In this document: positions 36,148-47,002 of the stretch, piece after piece
Position numbering within the stretch: the stretch's first letter is position 1
Layout of the letters: the number at the start of each line of letters is the position of its first letter
IMG/VR virus record: IMGVR_UViG_3300035498_000616
Reading direction: 5' to 3' (one strand)
DNA length: 55,219 nucleotides
Origin: an uncultured virus (IMG/VR IMGVR_UViG_3300035498_000616)
Lineage: Duplodnaviria > Heunggongvirae > Uroviricota > Caudoviricetes
Notes under the pieces: model-generated
Told to the model about the DNA's origin: nothing
The model's input: the letters and a program-made list of their open reading frames with translations, nothing else
Databases searched by the model: none
Program-made: the position numbers and the translations under genes

Positions 36148-38315
36148 TACATTAACCGTTTAACAGTATCATTATATGGATTTCCATCGTGAATCTAAGC
36201 GATTTCAATTTGAGTACGCTTCTATTCGATATCGACCATTTGTTCTTTGTAAGTTTTATCAGTATTAGCTTTAAGCATTTCAACTTTATATTCAAGCTGC
36301 ATTTTCTGTTGCTCTAACTGCATCTTCTGTTGATCCATTTGTTCGAGTTTTTTCTGAGCTTGCTCAAGCTGTTTTTGTAATTGCTAAGCCTACTGCATTG
36401 TTTCTTCCAACTTTTGATTAAGTTGTTTGATCTAGTCATTTTCTTCCTTCTGGAATTTCATTGCTTTCTTAACTTTGTATTTGAGGTCGGTCAAACTTTT
36501 ACTAGTTAACACTTCAATCAAAATATCTGCTGGAAGTAATTGACTCTTAATTAATTCCGGAACTATCTATTTAATTGTTTGAATATCCTACATTACTTCG
36601 GTACTAGATGTAATCTAAATATCGTAGTCAGTAACAGTAAAATGTTCAGGTAATGCTGTAAATATTTTTTGATATTTACCCATTACAATAGTTCCAGTTA
36701 ATCCATTTTTGTAAACTATTTTAGCCTAATTAATACAGTCAAGTAATAATTCACAAACTACTAAATCCATATGTTGATATAGATGTTTAGTAATAATAAA
36801 TGAATTATTAACTCCTTGCTAAATATTAGTAACTGCATCTCTCTGCTGAATACCATTTAATCGTTCACGGAATACACCACTGATAGATGATACTGTATTC
36901 TCCAAACTTTGGATTGCAACTTCAATAGCTTGAATAGCCTATGCTTTTAAAGTATCATCAAAACCGTTAAAGATAGTATTCATTGGAGCATTACCGTTAT
37001 CATTTCTACCTTCTTGAGTTGTATCAATTAATTGTAAACCAGCCTTCTTATAAGCAATCCATTTCTGAATTCTCTCTGGCCATTTAACTCCAAGATTAGC
37101 TGGAATTAATGAAACATCAATAATAGAACCTGATGTACCACTATTTCCAATTAAATTATTTTTATAATAGATTAATAAATCATATTCATCTTGTAAATGC
37201 ATACATTTAAGCATTAACGAATACGGTCTTGAAGTACGATTTAAAAAGTAAACACCGTTTACTGAAATAGTACAATCGTTAGGATTATCATGTGTACGAA
37301 TTACATTCTAATCAATTCCTCGTAAGATATAAAACTCTTCTCCAATTCTTACAGTAGTGTAACGTTGTAATACAAAATCATCATCAGCTTGAATCCATTC
37401 TACTTCATAAACTGGAACAAGCTATCTTCTGAAATTTAAATCAGAAGGGTGTCCAGGAAGCGGATCGTCTTCATCATAAGATTCATCAACTGCTACACAG
37501 CTATCTCCATAGACTCTTCTGTATCGAGAACTAGCTATATCTTCATCCCATCTATCTTTAAACTATTTAATATCCTCACGTTTCATTTCTTTACCATATC
37601 TAGCTAAAATATCATCTTTATCTAACCAGCGTCTGATAACACATTTTCTAGAATTTTTAACGTAAGGAGAATTAGGATTAGTTTCAATAAATGTATTTCT
37701 CGGATCAAGAACTTCCAAGCATACATTTGTATTTGAAGAAGATGGATGTGCCTAGAAGAAACTATATCCTGTAATTAAAATATCACGTAATAATGTAGTA
37801 ACTTTAGTTACAACATCCATGTCTCTTGACTACAAGAAATATTCAATAATATTCTAAGCGGCAATTTCATATTGAGATGTAAATGATTCATCTACATCCT
37901 AAATAATCTAGTCAAGTTGTCTTTTAATAGATTTATCAGTAATATCTTTTCCATCAATAAATGACAATAAAGAATTACTTAAATGGTCTTTTAAAAATTT
38001 AACAATTTCACCAGTTATTTTTAATTGTTTTTCTCTATTGATATTAGAGATTGTATCATGATCTTTGCAATATACTTTCGGAATAATAGGAACATTTAAG
38101 TATTCTCCAACTAAAGCGTCAAAGTGTTTCTTTAACAAAGGAGTAAATGTTACTGATGTTGGACTACCAATTCCGTAATTTTCTTCTAGATATTTGAACT
38201 ATTCTGGATCTCGCTTTCCGTCATAATAGTTATATGCCTTCTGCAAGTCATATTTCTCTACTACAAGATCCGAAATAATTTCATCAGTTTTGTCTATCAT
38301 TTCCTAATTAGTCAT
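36147..38315 (-). CDS. Portal protein, 722 aa (TAG=Gln)
   Basis: MTN(TAG)EMIDKTDEII...KAYNYYDGKRDPE(TAG)FKYLEENYGIGSP...HFDALVGE...ISGVFRERLNGIQQRDAVTN; one frame; typical position next to the terminase. Confidence 0.85.
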
Positions 38316-38589
38316 AACAATAATTCTACTACGGTGGAAGTTTAGTAGCTCTCGTAAAAGCAACTCTGTTTAATCCTCTCGTTCTTATTTCCTTTTTAAT
38401 AAATTCAACAAATTCATCGTCTGGCAAATCAGCCATGATACTTATCGGACTTTCAGAGTGATCTAAGTTAATGTCAACTTTATAACCAACTGGATCTAGA
38501 TTAGTAATTCGAATACCTCCGATGAATTCAACGTGGTAAACCTGTTTCATATAATCTAGGATCACTTGTTTCAATTCTGAATGGGTCAT
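38308..38589 (-). CDS. Hypothetical protein, ~93 aa
   Basis: Track ORF 38329..38589 ends in TAG-TAG; read-through reaches TAA at 38308. Confidence 0.6.
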
Positions 38590-40819
38590 CGTAATTAGTA
38601 TAATTAAATAACTGTTGTGGATTTTTCCTTGGAATTACACCAAACCGTTTATATCCATTTTCGTCTATATAATAACCAAAGTCTTCGAATTCTGCAACTT
38701 CTTTTTCAACTATTATTGGTTGTCTTCCTGATAATTCCTAATCAGCTAATTCCATCATACCAAAAGCTGCAACAATATCAAATTTGCCTTTGTTCTCGTC
38801 ATTATATCCAATTAATTGTTCAATGACTTCTTCAAACCATATTGTGTGACAATAGTCTTCGACAAAATCCGCGGTTAAATCGGTATGCTATTCAATAATT
38901 GTTTTAGTTGCAGGAGTTCCATATTGTTTACTTGTACCATGTTTAATATCAGTTAAAGTAGCCCTAGGTCTTTTCATAAAGAAACTAAGACCGTTATTCT
39001 CTCTTGCCCATGTTACAAATCCTACACGTGTAGCTTCTATATTAATTTTACAATTATAATATCTAGCTAAACACATTGCAATTTTATAAGCATCTCGAAT
39101 ATTATTTGGTCTATCTTTATATACGCAGACTATCTATGGTTCATTTAATCCAAATGCACGTCTTTTAATAATCATACAGAAATCAGAAGGATCTCGTGTT
39201 TCTTTTGAAGTTTGACTAGCTCCAATATCAATTCCGTCAATACCTGCAACGTAAAGATTATTCATTTCTTTATAAACAGGCATTTCGAATTTTTCGCCAT
39301 TCTCTTCAGCACGCTATTTTTCTTTCTGTAATTTTTCTTTGTATAAATCAGACCAAACGGGATGTTCAAGTATCTGGACTTTACCGTTCGAGTTGGGAAT
39401 CCACTTAAATCCATCAATATTTTCAATACTATGTTTGTTATTTTTATAAAAATAATCTATATAGCCTTTTTCAGGTCTAGGTCCTTGTTTCTAGACTTTA
39501 ATTAAAGAAAGCTGTTCAGCTAATTTAATTTTGTTAAATTTATTTACACCTTCCAATGTAAAAGCTTCTTCTGCGTTCCAACAACGCTCAGCACATTTCT
39601 TTAAATATTCTTCTGGAATAGCTAATAGATTATTACGTTCTTCTTGTAATACTTTTTTATACTCTTCTGTATTACATACTCCTCTATGATCCATAAATTC
39701 TGGATTCAAAGATTGTAAATAATACGGAATGAAGAAACCACTTTCGATAGTTCCTCCATCATTAGTATAATTGTGTCTAAAGGGTAATATTTTAAATGCT
39801 CTAGGATTATAATATATCTTTTTTAATCCTTCCAAAGGTGATCCGAAGTCTCCTCCTGTACCACCAAATAACATTGTACCTCTTGGCATACCCTAGACTT
39901 CACACAACTCTTGTCCTTGTACAACAGCTGTAGTTAGTTGAGGCCAGGAACCAGCCTCATCAAAGATTAACAAATCAACACGGTCACCACGAATGTTAGA
40001 TGCCTTAGATCCGTTAATTCCAATAGTTTCAGATTGAAATCCTGTATCTTCAAACGCACCATTGATTTTAACTTGTCTTCCTGATTTTTTTCTTAAATCC
40101 TAGTCAATAAGTTTAAGTTTAAAAAATCCTCCATCAGTGTGAGTATTTAAAAAGGTTAGTGCATGATTAAATTTGTTAAATGTAGTATTTAAGAATTTAT
40201 CATTATAACAAGTTATCATTGTTCTACTCTTACGTATAACAGAATAAAGTCTAGCTGCTAAAGATGCATTTATTTCTGAAAATCCGATTGAACGAGCTTT
40301 CATTAAAGCTGCATGTTTATGTAATACTCTTGCTAATTGTAAGTAGTGAAAGAACGTATAATGAGATGCGAAGAAAATTGGGAAATCATCTTTAGTACCT
40401 TCACCTGATGCTTTATTACTATCAACTAAAGGTAACTAATAATAATTTAAGAAAAAATAGTTATCGCCCGTAATAGTATAACCGTGCGACGTCATACCAT
40501 ATTTACATTTTTCATATTCCTATTTCCAGAAATCGCGATAACGTTTACTATCTCTAGGATAAGGACAATAGTGACCAGTCTTTTTGAAAGCTTCTCTAGC
40601 TTCCGTAAACCAATTTGGATCGAAGTCTAATCCTTTAGTCTCGTTAATAGGCTTATAACCTGTAATTTCATATGAAAGGTTTGCATCAAAAAAGTCAACT
40701 TTCTCATCTTTTTTAATATCCCATTCATTAGTTCTCATAGACTAAACAATCTTTCTAGCTTCTTCAATATCCTATTGTTCTTCTTTGTTCTCGATTTCTT
40801 TAATAATGTCATTAATCAT
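38528..40819 (-). CDS. terL: Terminase large subunit, 763 aa (TAG=Gln)
   Basis: Track ORFs 40520, 40100, 39491 and 38888 share one frame; ATPase motifs MKARSIGFS, RGDRVDLLIFDEAG, LFGGTGG; nuclease motifs YVAGIDGID, NIEATR, FDIVAAF. Confidence 0.92.
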
Positions 40820-41376
40820 AAGTCTCCAGGATCAAAACCATCAACAGCTCCACCTCTAACGGTAGACTGTTCAGTTAATTCTTTTTTAACCTGATCTTCA
40901 AGAGTTACTAACTCTTCGTGTACTTTGTGTAAGGTAGACATTTCTTTCATAACTTTCTCAGCTTGAAAGATAGGTTTACCATTTGCATCCCTTTCATTTA
41001 AATCTACAATAGTATCGAAATAATCAATAAACTAATCAGCCGCTTTCTTTGCAGCTTCTAATAATTTAATTGATTTATTCGAATCTTGTAACGCTCTGTA
41101 TTTTCTACAAGCTTCTCTAAATATGGGATCGTTATATTCAGATTCAGAGAGACCTGAATCTATTAAAGATTCCGAATGTCTCTCTCCTTCTGAATATTGT
41201 GAATAAGGACTCTTCCAATCAATAGCTAAATACATATAAGTTAACTCTTTCATAGCTCTATCCTTACTCTTAGTTTTATCACGTTTAATTAGATCGTGAA
41301 ATTCTTTTATTAATAACAATTCTGGTTCATTGATTTCGAGTTCTTTAGTTATATTATTAAAACTAAATACGTTCAT
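40816..41376 (-). CDS. Putative terminase small subunit, 186 aa (TAG=Gln)
   Basis: Directly upstream of terL with ATGA overlap; track ORF 41032..41376 continues through TAG to TGA 40816. Confidence 0.55.
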
Positions 41377-42620
41377 TATCCTCTATAATAATTAGCTCTC
41401 CATTTCTAAACTTCATCTTGATATTCTTCTAAATATTCTTGTTCACGCTGTGCAGCAAGGCACGCTTTACAAAGTTTTCCTCCTCGTTTAAACCAAGCTA
41501 ATTCAGTACCACTCGGACATTGATTTTTCATTCTTTTGATATACTGTAATTTAGCACCGAGTTTAGCCATTTGACCTTGTTTTAAAGTCTACTGAATTAC
41601 TTCAGCAATCTAAAGAATTTGAGCTTCCTGTTGATTTTCAGGTTGCCCTTTTTCCTAAATTTGCTAAGCTTGTTCCATAATAGTTTGTATCTGTTGAGCA
41701 GCTTCCTAATTTCCCTGCTAAGCTGCTGCAACTAACTAAACAACCTAATCTTGTAAATTACCACCTTGCTGATATTTTTTCAATGTACCTCCTTGTTTTT
41801 CATAATAAACTGATGGTGATCCTTGTTTTAATACGTAATTATTCTTGTCATTTTTTTCATAATTTTGAAATATAGTTTTAAAATCATTCATGTAACTGTC
41901 ATATTTGTTTCCTAAACTACTTCTATTAATGGGATCACCGCTACCAGCGAGATCATCACGATACTATACACCATAATAGTCATTTAACTATTTAATAATA
42001 TCTCTTCTCAAATCTTTTTGTGATAAATATGCATAAAAATTATTTATCGGATGTTTTCTACCGTAACCCGAACCACTAAATTTAATTTTTCCTTTTGGAG
42101 CATTTGAATCATACCAAGGATTCTATTCCCAAGACTATTTAGCTGGTTCTAATTGTGAATTTGGGTTTAACGATTGTACTATCGGAGGGTTATTACTAGG
42201 TGTCTGGGTAGCTTGTTGTTTTCGTCTAGCTTCTTCAGCCATCTATCGCTATTTTCTCGCAAGTTCTTCAGCAGCTTGTTTATCTTTAAAAGCCTATTCA
42301 TTCTACATTCTAGTTTCTTCATATCTGCGCGTATTATCGAATAAATTGCTGTCATCAGCAAGAAACATGTCATTTGTGTTATTTTCTAAATACGGCTGAG
42401 AATCTTGTTGAGGATTTAATGTTTTTAAAGCGTTTGCTGCGTTTTCATTACTGAAGCTATTACGCTATCCTTGTATAAACTAATTAAATCCATTTCTCAT
42501 CTAACGTTTGCTTAATTTATCAAAATTTTCTACACCAACGGAATCAAAATATGCTTTTCGCGCATTTTGATCATACCAAGCATTATCAATTCCTTTTAAT
42601 CCGTTACCAAATAATCCCAT
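41376..42620 (-). CDS. Gln-rich putative virion cargo protein, 414 aa (TAG=Gln)
   Basis: ATG 42620 to TAA 41376 with many TAG; repeated KQGG/YQQGG/KRGG motifs and a C-terminal CKAC. Confidence 0.6.
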
Positions 42621-42622
42621 TT

Positions 42623-42829
42623 TTATACCTTAATTAAATCTTTAGTACAGAACACTGCTTCTTGTAATAAACCAGATTCTGTAAACCATCTACATCTTAT
42701 TCCTTTTAAACTCGGATTATCTTTGAATAATGTAGTTTCTTTTCTAAGAACATACATAATAGGAGATTGTGGAAGCTATTTAACCTTCACACAATCTCCT
42801 GGTTTAAAATAAATTTTCTCTTCTTCCAT
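42623..42829 (-). CDS. YodC/DUF2158-like small protein, 68 aa (TAG=Gln)
   Basis: FKPGDCVKVK(TAG)LPQSPIMYV...IRCRWFTESGLLQEAVFCTKDL. Confidence 0.6.
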
Positions 42830-43392
42830 TACAAATTCTTTTTACGCTCTGTGAGTCCAGTGTTAACTACAGCAAGAATTCTATTTTCATTAACTACAGT
42901 TAAACCTAATTTGAAGAAAGGCACCATCGTTTCATTATAAATAGTATAGAAAACAACATCTCCAGGTTTAATAAATTCACATTTAAAACCAGTTTCAACT
43001 ACTTCTCCAACTTTAAAAACCATCTGATCATCTTCAATATCACCAGTTTCTTGATTTTTATGTTGTAATTGAAATCCTCCGAGATCTGTAATAATACCGC
43101 TATCAGTCTTAGTAATTTTCTGGAAAGGATTATTATCATACGGTTTAATTAATACGTATGTTCCCATAGGTAAAATTTCTAAACCATTCATATCCTTACT
43201 CATTTCATTAAGTTTATCATAATGTTGATTAAACTTATCAGTATATTCTTCAACAGTAGTATTAAATTTTTCTTGTTTTTCTCTATGAAGTGTTTTCTCT
43301 GCTTCTTCACCATTCATTACAAAGTGTTTACCACTTCCTTCCATTCCATTAACTAAATACGCAATTTTTTCTTGACTGTTTAATCGTCCCAT
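42829..43392 (-). CDS. GroES/Cpn10-like co-chaperonin with N-terminal extension, 187 aa
   Basis: ILPMGTYVLIKP...KTDSGII...GEVVETG...IKPGDVVFY...VVNENRILAVV match Cpn10 motifs. Confidence 0.75.
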   Translation of the reverse strand: MGRLNSQEKIAYLVNGMEGSGKHFVMNGEEAEKTLHREKQEKFNTTVEEYTDKFNQHYDKLNEMSKDMNGLEILPMGTYVLIKPYDNNPFQKITKTDSGIITDLGGFQLQHKNQETGDIEDDQMVFKVGEVVETGFKCEFIKPGDVVFYTIYNETMVPFFKLGLTVVNENRILAVVNTGLTERKKNL

Positions 43393-43619
43393 AATTCATT
43401 AACACATTTTTCATTTTCAATTCTAACTTTATTATCTAATATACATCCACATTGTCCACAAATATCTCCAAACTTACTATGACGTTTATCGACACATTTG
43501 TTACAAATAGCTAATCTATATTTTGCTAATCGGTTATTACGATTAGTTATACGATAATATATACTTTTTAATATAACTAAAGGTTTAGTTAATATTGCTT
43601 TAATTATTTTCTTTACCAT
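43380..43619 (-). CDS. Small Cys-rich (Zn-binding) protein
   Basis: RLAICNKC...ICGQCGCILDNK...KC motif; start at MVKKII (43619) likely. Confidence 0.6.
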   Translation of the reverse strand: MVKKIIKAILTKPLVILKSIYYRITNRNNRLAKYRLAICNKCVDKRHSKFGDICGQCGCILDNKVRIENEKCVNELWDD

Positions 43620-43828
43620 TTCTTTGCAGGACAATGATTAGTTTTATTTTTAATCTTATTTTCCAATATACATCCGCATCCTTTAATATATCCTTCTTTT
43701 GGAGTTGTACTAACATCGTTATTCTCTGGATTTAAATATAAATGAGAATTGCAAACTCCATCTTCTTGATCACAAATCGGACATACTAAACAAATATTAT
43801 ATCTTCTTTCAATTTCTTCCATAATCAA
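43613..43828 (-). CDS. Small Cys-rich (Zn-binding) protein, paralogue of the preceding gene
   Basis: RYNICLVCP...GCGCILENK...HCPAKKW. Confidence 0.6.
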   Translation of the reverse strand: MIMEEIERRYNICLVCPICDQEDGVCNSHLYLNPENNDVSTTPKEGYIKGCGCILENKIKNKTNHCPAKKW

Positions 43829-44739
43829 TATTCTATTCTTTGACGTTTCTTTTTATTCTCTTCTAATTTCTTTTCTTTCTTATAAAATGCTAACATTCTA
43901 GTAACTTCATCTTTTAAATAAGGAAGATGATATACTGTCATATTATCATTGTGGTCGAAGTGAATCATGACTAAATCTTCAATAGTATATTCAGGATTTA
44001 ATTTTTGAATCATCCAAGCATAGGTTGATAACTGCAAACAGTAATGCCAATAATTAACATCATCTAAATTGTTTAAAGGATATTTCATTTTAACTGATGA
44101 TCTAGATTTTGAATCATAAAAACTTTTCATTTCAATTTTCTTGTTTGTTTTATAATCGGCAATAACAAATGTATTTCCTTTTTTAACAAGTAAATCAATT
44201 TGTCCAGCAATACAAAGTTCACCATCATCTGATACTCTTGAAATCAAATATTCTGGATAAACTCCGTTATCTAAATCTAATTCAGTTTTATTTTCAACAC
44301 ATTCAAAAGTTCCTCCGATTCCGTATTTCTTTAATTCTATACCTTTGCGTTTTTTATAAAGAGAGTGTTCTAACTCTGCATGAATTTTAGTACCTCTTTC
44401 ACAAGATCTTTTATTCTCTGCATCCCAATCGTCTAAAATTTGTTGTTGTTCTTTATTAAACGCATCTTCCGAAATATCATATAATGATAATATTTCTTTA
44501 TCAAATTTTTTAGAACTAAGTAACGACTTCTTTTCAATAGTCCACGAATCTCTAGGAATTAATTTCTCTAATGCTTTATATGCACTCCAAAAGTTTTTGT
44601 CAAAAGGTTGACCAAACTTTTCAATTAACGTAGTAACAGAAATAAATTTTCTCTCCGGCTTTGATACGTCAAAATATACGTGTGCATCCTCTTCAAAAGC
44701 AATGTTTCCATTTTGCTTTGTAATTTTAACTTTATCCAT
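43825..44739 (-). CDS. PD-(D/E)xK (RecB/Cas4-like) exonuclease, 304 aa
   Basis: ISVTTLI, RGTKIHAELE, IAGQIDLL, IADYKTNK, YCLQLSTYA motifs. Confidence 0.85.
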   Translation of the reverse strand: MDKVKITKQNGNIAFEEDAHVYFDVSKPERKFISVTTLIEKFGQPFDKNFWSAYKALEKLIPRDSWTIEKKSLLSSKKFDKEILSLYDISEDAFNKEQQQILDDWDAENKRSCERGTKIHAELEHSLYKKRKGIELKKYGIGGTFECVENKTELDLDNGVYPEYLISRVSDDGELCIAGQIDLLVKKGNTFVIADYKTNKKIEMKSFYDSKSRSSVKMKYPLNNLDDVNYWHYCLQLSTYAWMIQKLNPEYTIEDLVMIHFDHNDNMTVYHLPYLKDEVTRMLAFYKKEKKLEENKKKRQRIEY

Positions 44740-44858
44740 AAATCATTAATACATTTAACATATACATTTATCTAATTTTATTTCTTCTTTTTCAATTGTA
44801 TCAATAATATAGTAGAAGAACAAGTTTAATAATAATCATTATATACTTAAAATGAAAA

Positions 44859-45083
44859 ATGAATAATTTACAATTTATCGAATGTTAGATTTTTAAAGAA
44901 GGATCAAATATTCACATTAAAAAGAAGAATGAGGGTAAATTTACAGAGTCGGCTAAGAGAGCTGGAGAATCTGTTCAAGAACATGCTAAGAATGTTTTAA
45001 ATAATCCTCATTCTACAACATTATAGAAGAAAAGAGCGCAATTTGCAGTAAATGCTAAGAAATGGAAAGCTTAGGAGCATTAA
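44859..45083 (+). CDS. Small basic protein, 74 aa (TAG=Gln, plus strand)
   Basis: MNNLQFIEC(TAG)IFKEGSNIHIKKKNEGKFTESAKRAG...L(TAG)KKRAQFAVNAKKWKA(TAG)EH-TAA. Confidence 0.7.
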
Positions 45084-45143
45084 ATGGTACACAATGGAGC
45101 ATTCTTCCTTTTATTGGAGGAACAGCTTTAACTCAACAAAGAA

Positions 45144-45401
45144 ATGAATAAAGTAAAAGAATTTTTAATTAAGATTGTAACTTCACATTCTGGAATATCT
45201 TCTAAAAGAGTATGTGGAGTATTAGGTTGGTTAGTTTGTATGGGAATATTTATATATTGCTCTATTACTTGTAAACAAGCTCCAACAATGATAGATTCCT
45301 TTTTATTAGCTTGTGTAGCGTTACTTGGAGTAGATTCAGTAACCGATATTTGGAAAAAGAATGGAATATCAAAAAGCAATACAACTAGCACAGAAGGGTA
45401 A
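45144..45401 (+). CDS. Two-TM holin-like membrane protein, 85 aa
   Basis: SSKR motif followed by two hydrophobic helices and a charged tail. Confidence 0.55.
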   Translation: MNKVKEFLIKIVTSHSGISSKRVCGVLGWLVCMGIFIYCSITCKQAPTMIDSFLLACVALLGVDSVTDIWKKNGISKSNTTSTEG

Positions 45402-45546
45402 GTTATTATTATTGCCCCAATGGACTGGGAATTTTTATTGGAACTATCATACAAATAAATTAGAATTCCGAAATGGAAACTATCATTTAGATAATCTAGA
45501 ACAATATAATTTAGATAAAAGAACCGATTGGTATTATATAATTTAA
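45361..45546 (+). CDS. Small protein, DUF2829 (Tad2)-like, 61 aa
   Basis: MEYQKAIQLAQKGKLLLLPQWTG...RTDWYYII resembles the family's A-x3-GK-x4-W...DW layout (by eye). Confidence 0.4.
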   Translation: MEYQKAIQLAQKGKLLLLPQWTGNFYWNYHTNKLEFRNGNYHLDNLEQYNLDKRTDWYYII

Positions 45547-45575
45547 GGCGATACTCTTTGAGTACCGCCTTTTTT
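45545..45575 (+). terminator. Intrinsic terminator between convergent genes
   Basis: AAGGCGATACTC-TTT-GAGTACCGCCTT followed by a T-run. Confidence 0.8.
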
Positions 45576-45667
45576 ATTAATAGCTAACGCTAATTTCATT
45601 TAACTCATCTAGGAAATCTAAGAACCATTGTTCATTTTTATGTTCGGAATTTTTATCAATAAATTCT

Positions 45668-45991
45668 TTAATTTCTAGTATCAGACTAAGAGCTTGTTCT
45701 TTCATAATCATCAATATTACTTATTAATCCTCGTAAATAATCTAGATTATCATAAATACTGGTGATTGTCTCATTCGTCTTTTTATTCTTAAAATAATAT
45801 TTAACTTCAGATTCTTCTCTTTCTTCTTTGGTTTTAAAGAGTTGTTTCCAGTGTTCTAATTTCTCATCTACTTCATCTTGATTACATTCTTCAAGAATTT
45901 TCATATTCGGATTATTAATAATTTTATTATATTTTCTCCGAAGATTTGTGACGACAATAACGTCACTTCCATTTAATACAATTGCTGCCAT
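45668..45991 (-). CDS. Hypothetical protein, ~107 aa
   Basis: Likely start MAAIVLNG at 45991, just after the tRNA 3' end; TAG at 45686 read through to TAA 45668. Confidence 0.6.
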
Positions 45992-45995
45992 AATG

Positions 45996-46033
45996 TTGGG
46001 ACACTGGGACTCGAACCCAGAACTAAAGGTTTT
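45996..46033 (-). tRNA. 3' exon of an intron-split amber suppressor tRNA (CUA, Gln-type)
   Basis: AAA-ACCTT-TAGTT-CTGGG-TTCGAGT-CCCAG-TGTCCCA-A: rest of the anticodon arm, variable loop, perfect T arm and acceptor 3' strand. Confidence 0.9.
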
Positions 46034-47002
46034 CATTTTAACACCATTTTATGGATTAGACTATCGCATCCAGTCCTAAGACCAGTCTCTCTGTTTAGTC
46101 GTTCACGCTGCAATCACGCTTGCGCCTTGTCACTCATTCGCTTCCAAGTCAATTAAGAGAGATTCTACTTAAAGATTATTTATTATCCTTTAAGCATCCA
46201 ATAATTTAAAATAATAGTTATTCCAAAATTTATCAATATTTCTTAATAATGTATTTCTACAGGTTTTAAGTATTTTAGTTTTTACTAAGCCACTATTTAT
46301 TAAATAATTGCAGCATTCCGATATTGTTCCAAATCTTTGTATTTCATTCATATCCTTATCATATTGAATTACATATTTTTGATTAGATTTTGCTGGAACA
46401 ATTTGTTTAACTACAGATAATTTAATATTTAATAATTCTGCAACTTTCTTTTGGTTTTTTAATTCAGCGTATTTTGACATAACTAGTTCAGATAATTCTG
46501 TACTTATTTCGTATTTTGATTCTGTTATCTTTTGATTACGAGAACCATAAGTATCAGTTTGACTATGACAGTTTGGACATAAGAATCTTAGATTTTCAAT
46601 TCTATTATCATTATTTTCTCCGTTTATATGGTCAAGTTCTAATGATAATGTTTTTCCATTCCATTCTGTTATTCCACATATTGAACATTTATAAGGAAGT
46701 AATTGCTGTCTTATAATAGTCTTTCTTAATACTGTTCTAGCATGTTTTGATCCTTTGCAAAATAATTTGTCAGGATCTACAACTTTCTTTTCTGAAATTG
46801 CTGACTTACCTCTAAAATCTTTTCCTGATAAATTTAAATCTGTCATTCGTTGTTTAACTTGTGAATACCCCCAAGAGTTTCCTTTAGTGGTATATCCAAG
46901 TTTAAATAAAACTTCTGATATATTCAAACTTGACTTAACTAAGTTTGAAAATTCATTATCACTAAGTTTATAAATTCTATTTTCCATTATTTTAAATTTT
47001 TA
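46034..47002 (-). mobile_element. Group I self-splicing intron (969 nt) inside the suppressor tRNA anticodon, carrying an HNH ORF
   Basis: 5' exon ends in U and the intron ends in G; core after the ORF shows P3 TCTCTCT/AGAGAGA, P7 GACTA/TAGTC (CAGCGTGAACGACTA ... ATGCGATAGTC), P8 CTGGTC-TTAG-GACTGG, P9 CCAT-AAA-ATGG. Confidence 0.88.
46190..46987 (-). CDS. HNH homing endonuclease (intron-encoded), 265 aa
   Basis: CSICG...LELDHINGENNDNRIENLRFLCPNCHSQT HNH/Zn motif; NUMOD1-like C-terminus (VIQYDKDMNEIQRFGTISEC); no TAG codons. Confidence 0.9.
   Translation of the reverse strand: MENRIYKLSDNEFSNLVKSSLNISEVLFKLGYTTKGNSWGYSQVKQRMTDLNLSGKDFRGKSAISEKKVVDPDKLFCKGSKHARTVLRKTIIRQQLLPYKCSICGITEWNGKTLSLELDHINGENNDNRIENLRFLCPNCHSQTDTYGSRNQKITESKYEISTELSELVMSKYAELKNQKKVAELLNIKLSVVKQIVPAKSNQKYVIQYDKDMNEIQRFGTISECCNYLINSGLVKTKILKTCRNTLLRNIDKFWNNYYFKLLDA

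Noticed and set aside
43825..44739. Cas4 or CRISPR system
   Set aside because: No repeat-spacer array, no other cas genes and no four-Cys Fe-S pattern; a stand-alone phage PD-(D/E)xK nuclease.
45992..46036. Track start (MKTFSSGFESQCP) of ORF 45686..46036
   Set aside because: This stretch is the intron end and tRNA 3' exon; ATG 45991 is the more plausible start.
625..46973. Short plus-strand track ORFs antisense to late genes (e.g. 625..810, 5029..5259, 30395..30655, 46516..46716)
   Set aside because: They are shadows of longer minus-strand genes, with no motifs or leaders.
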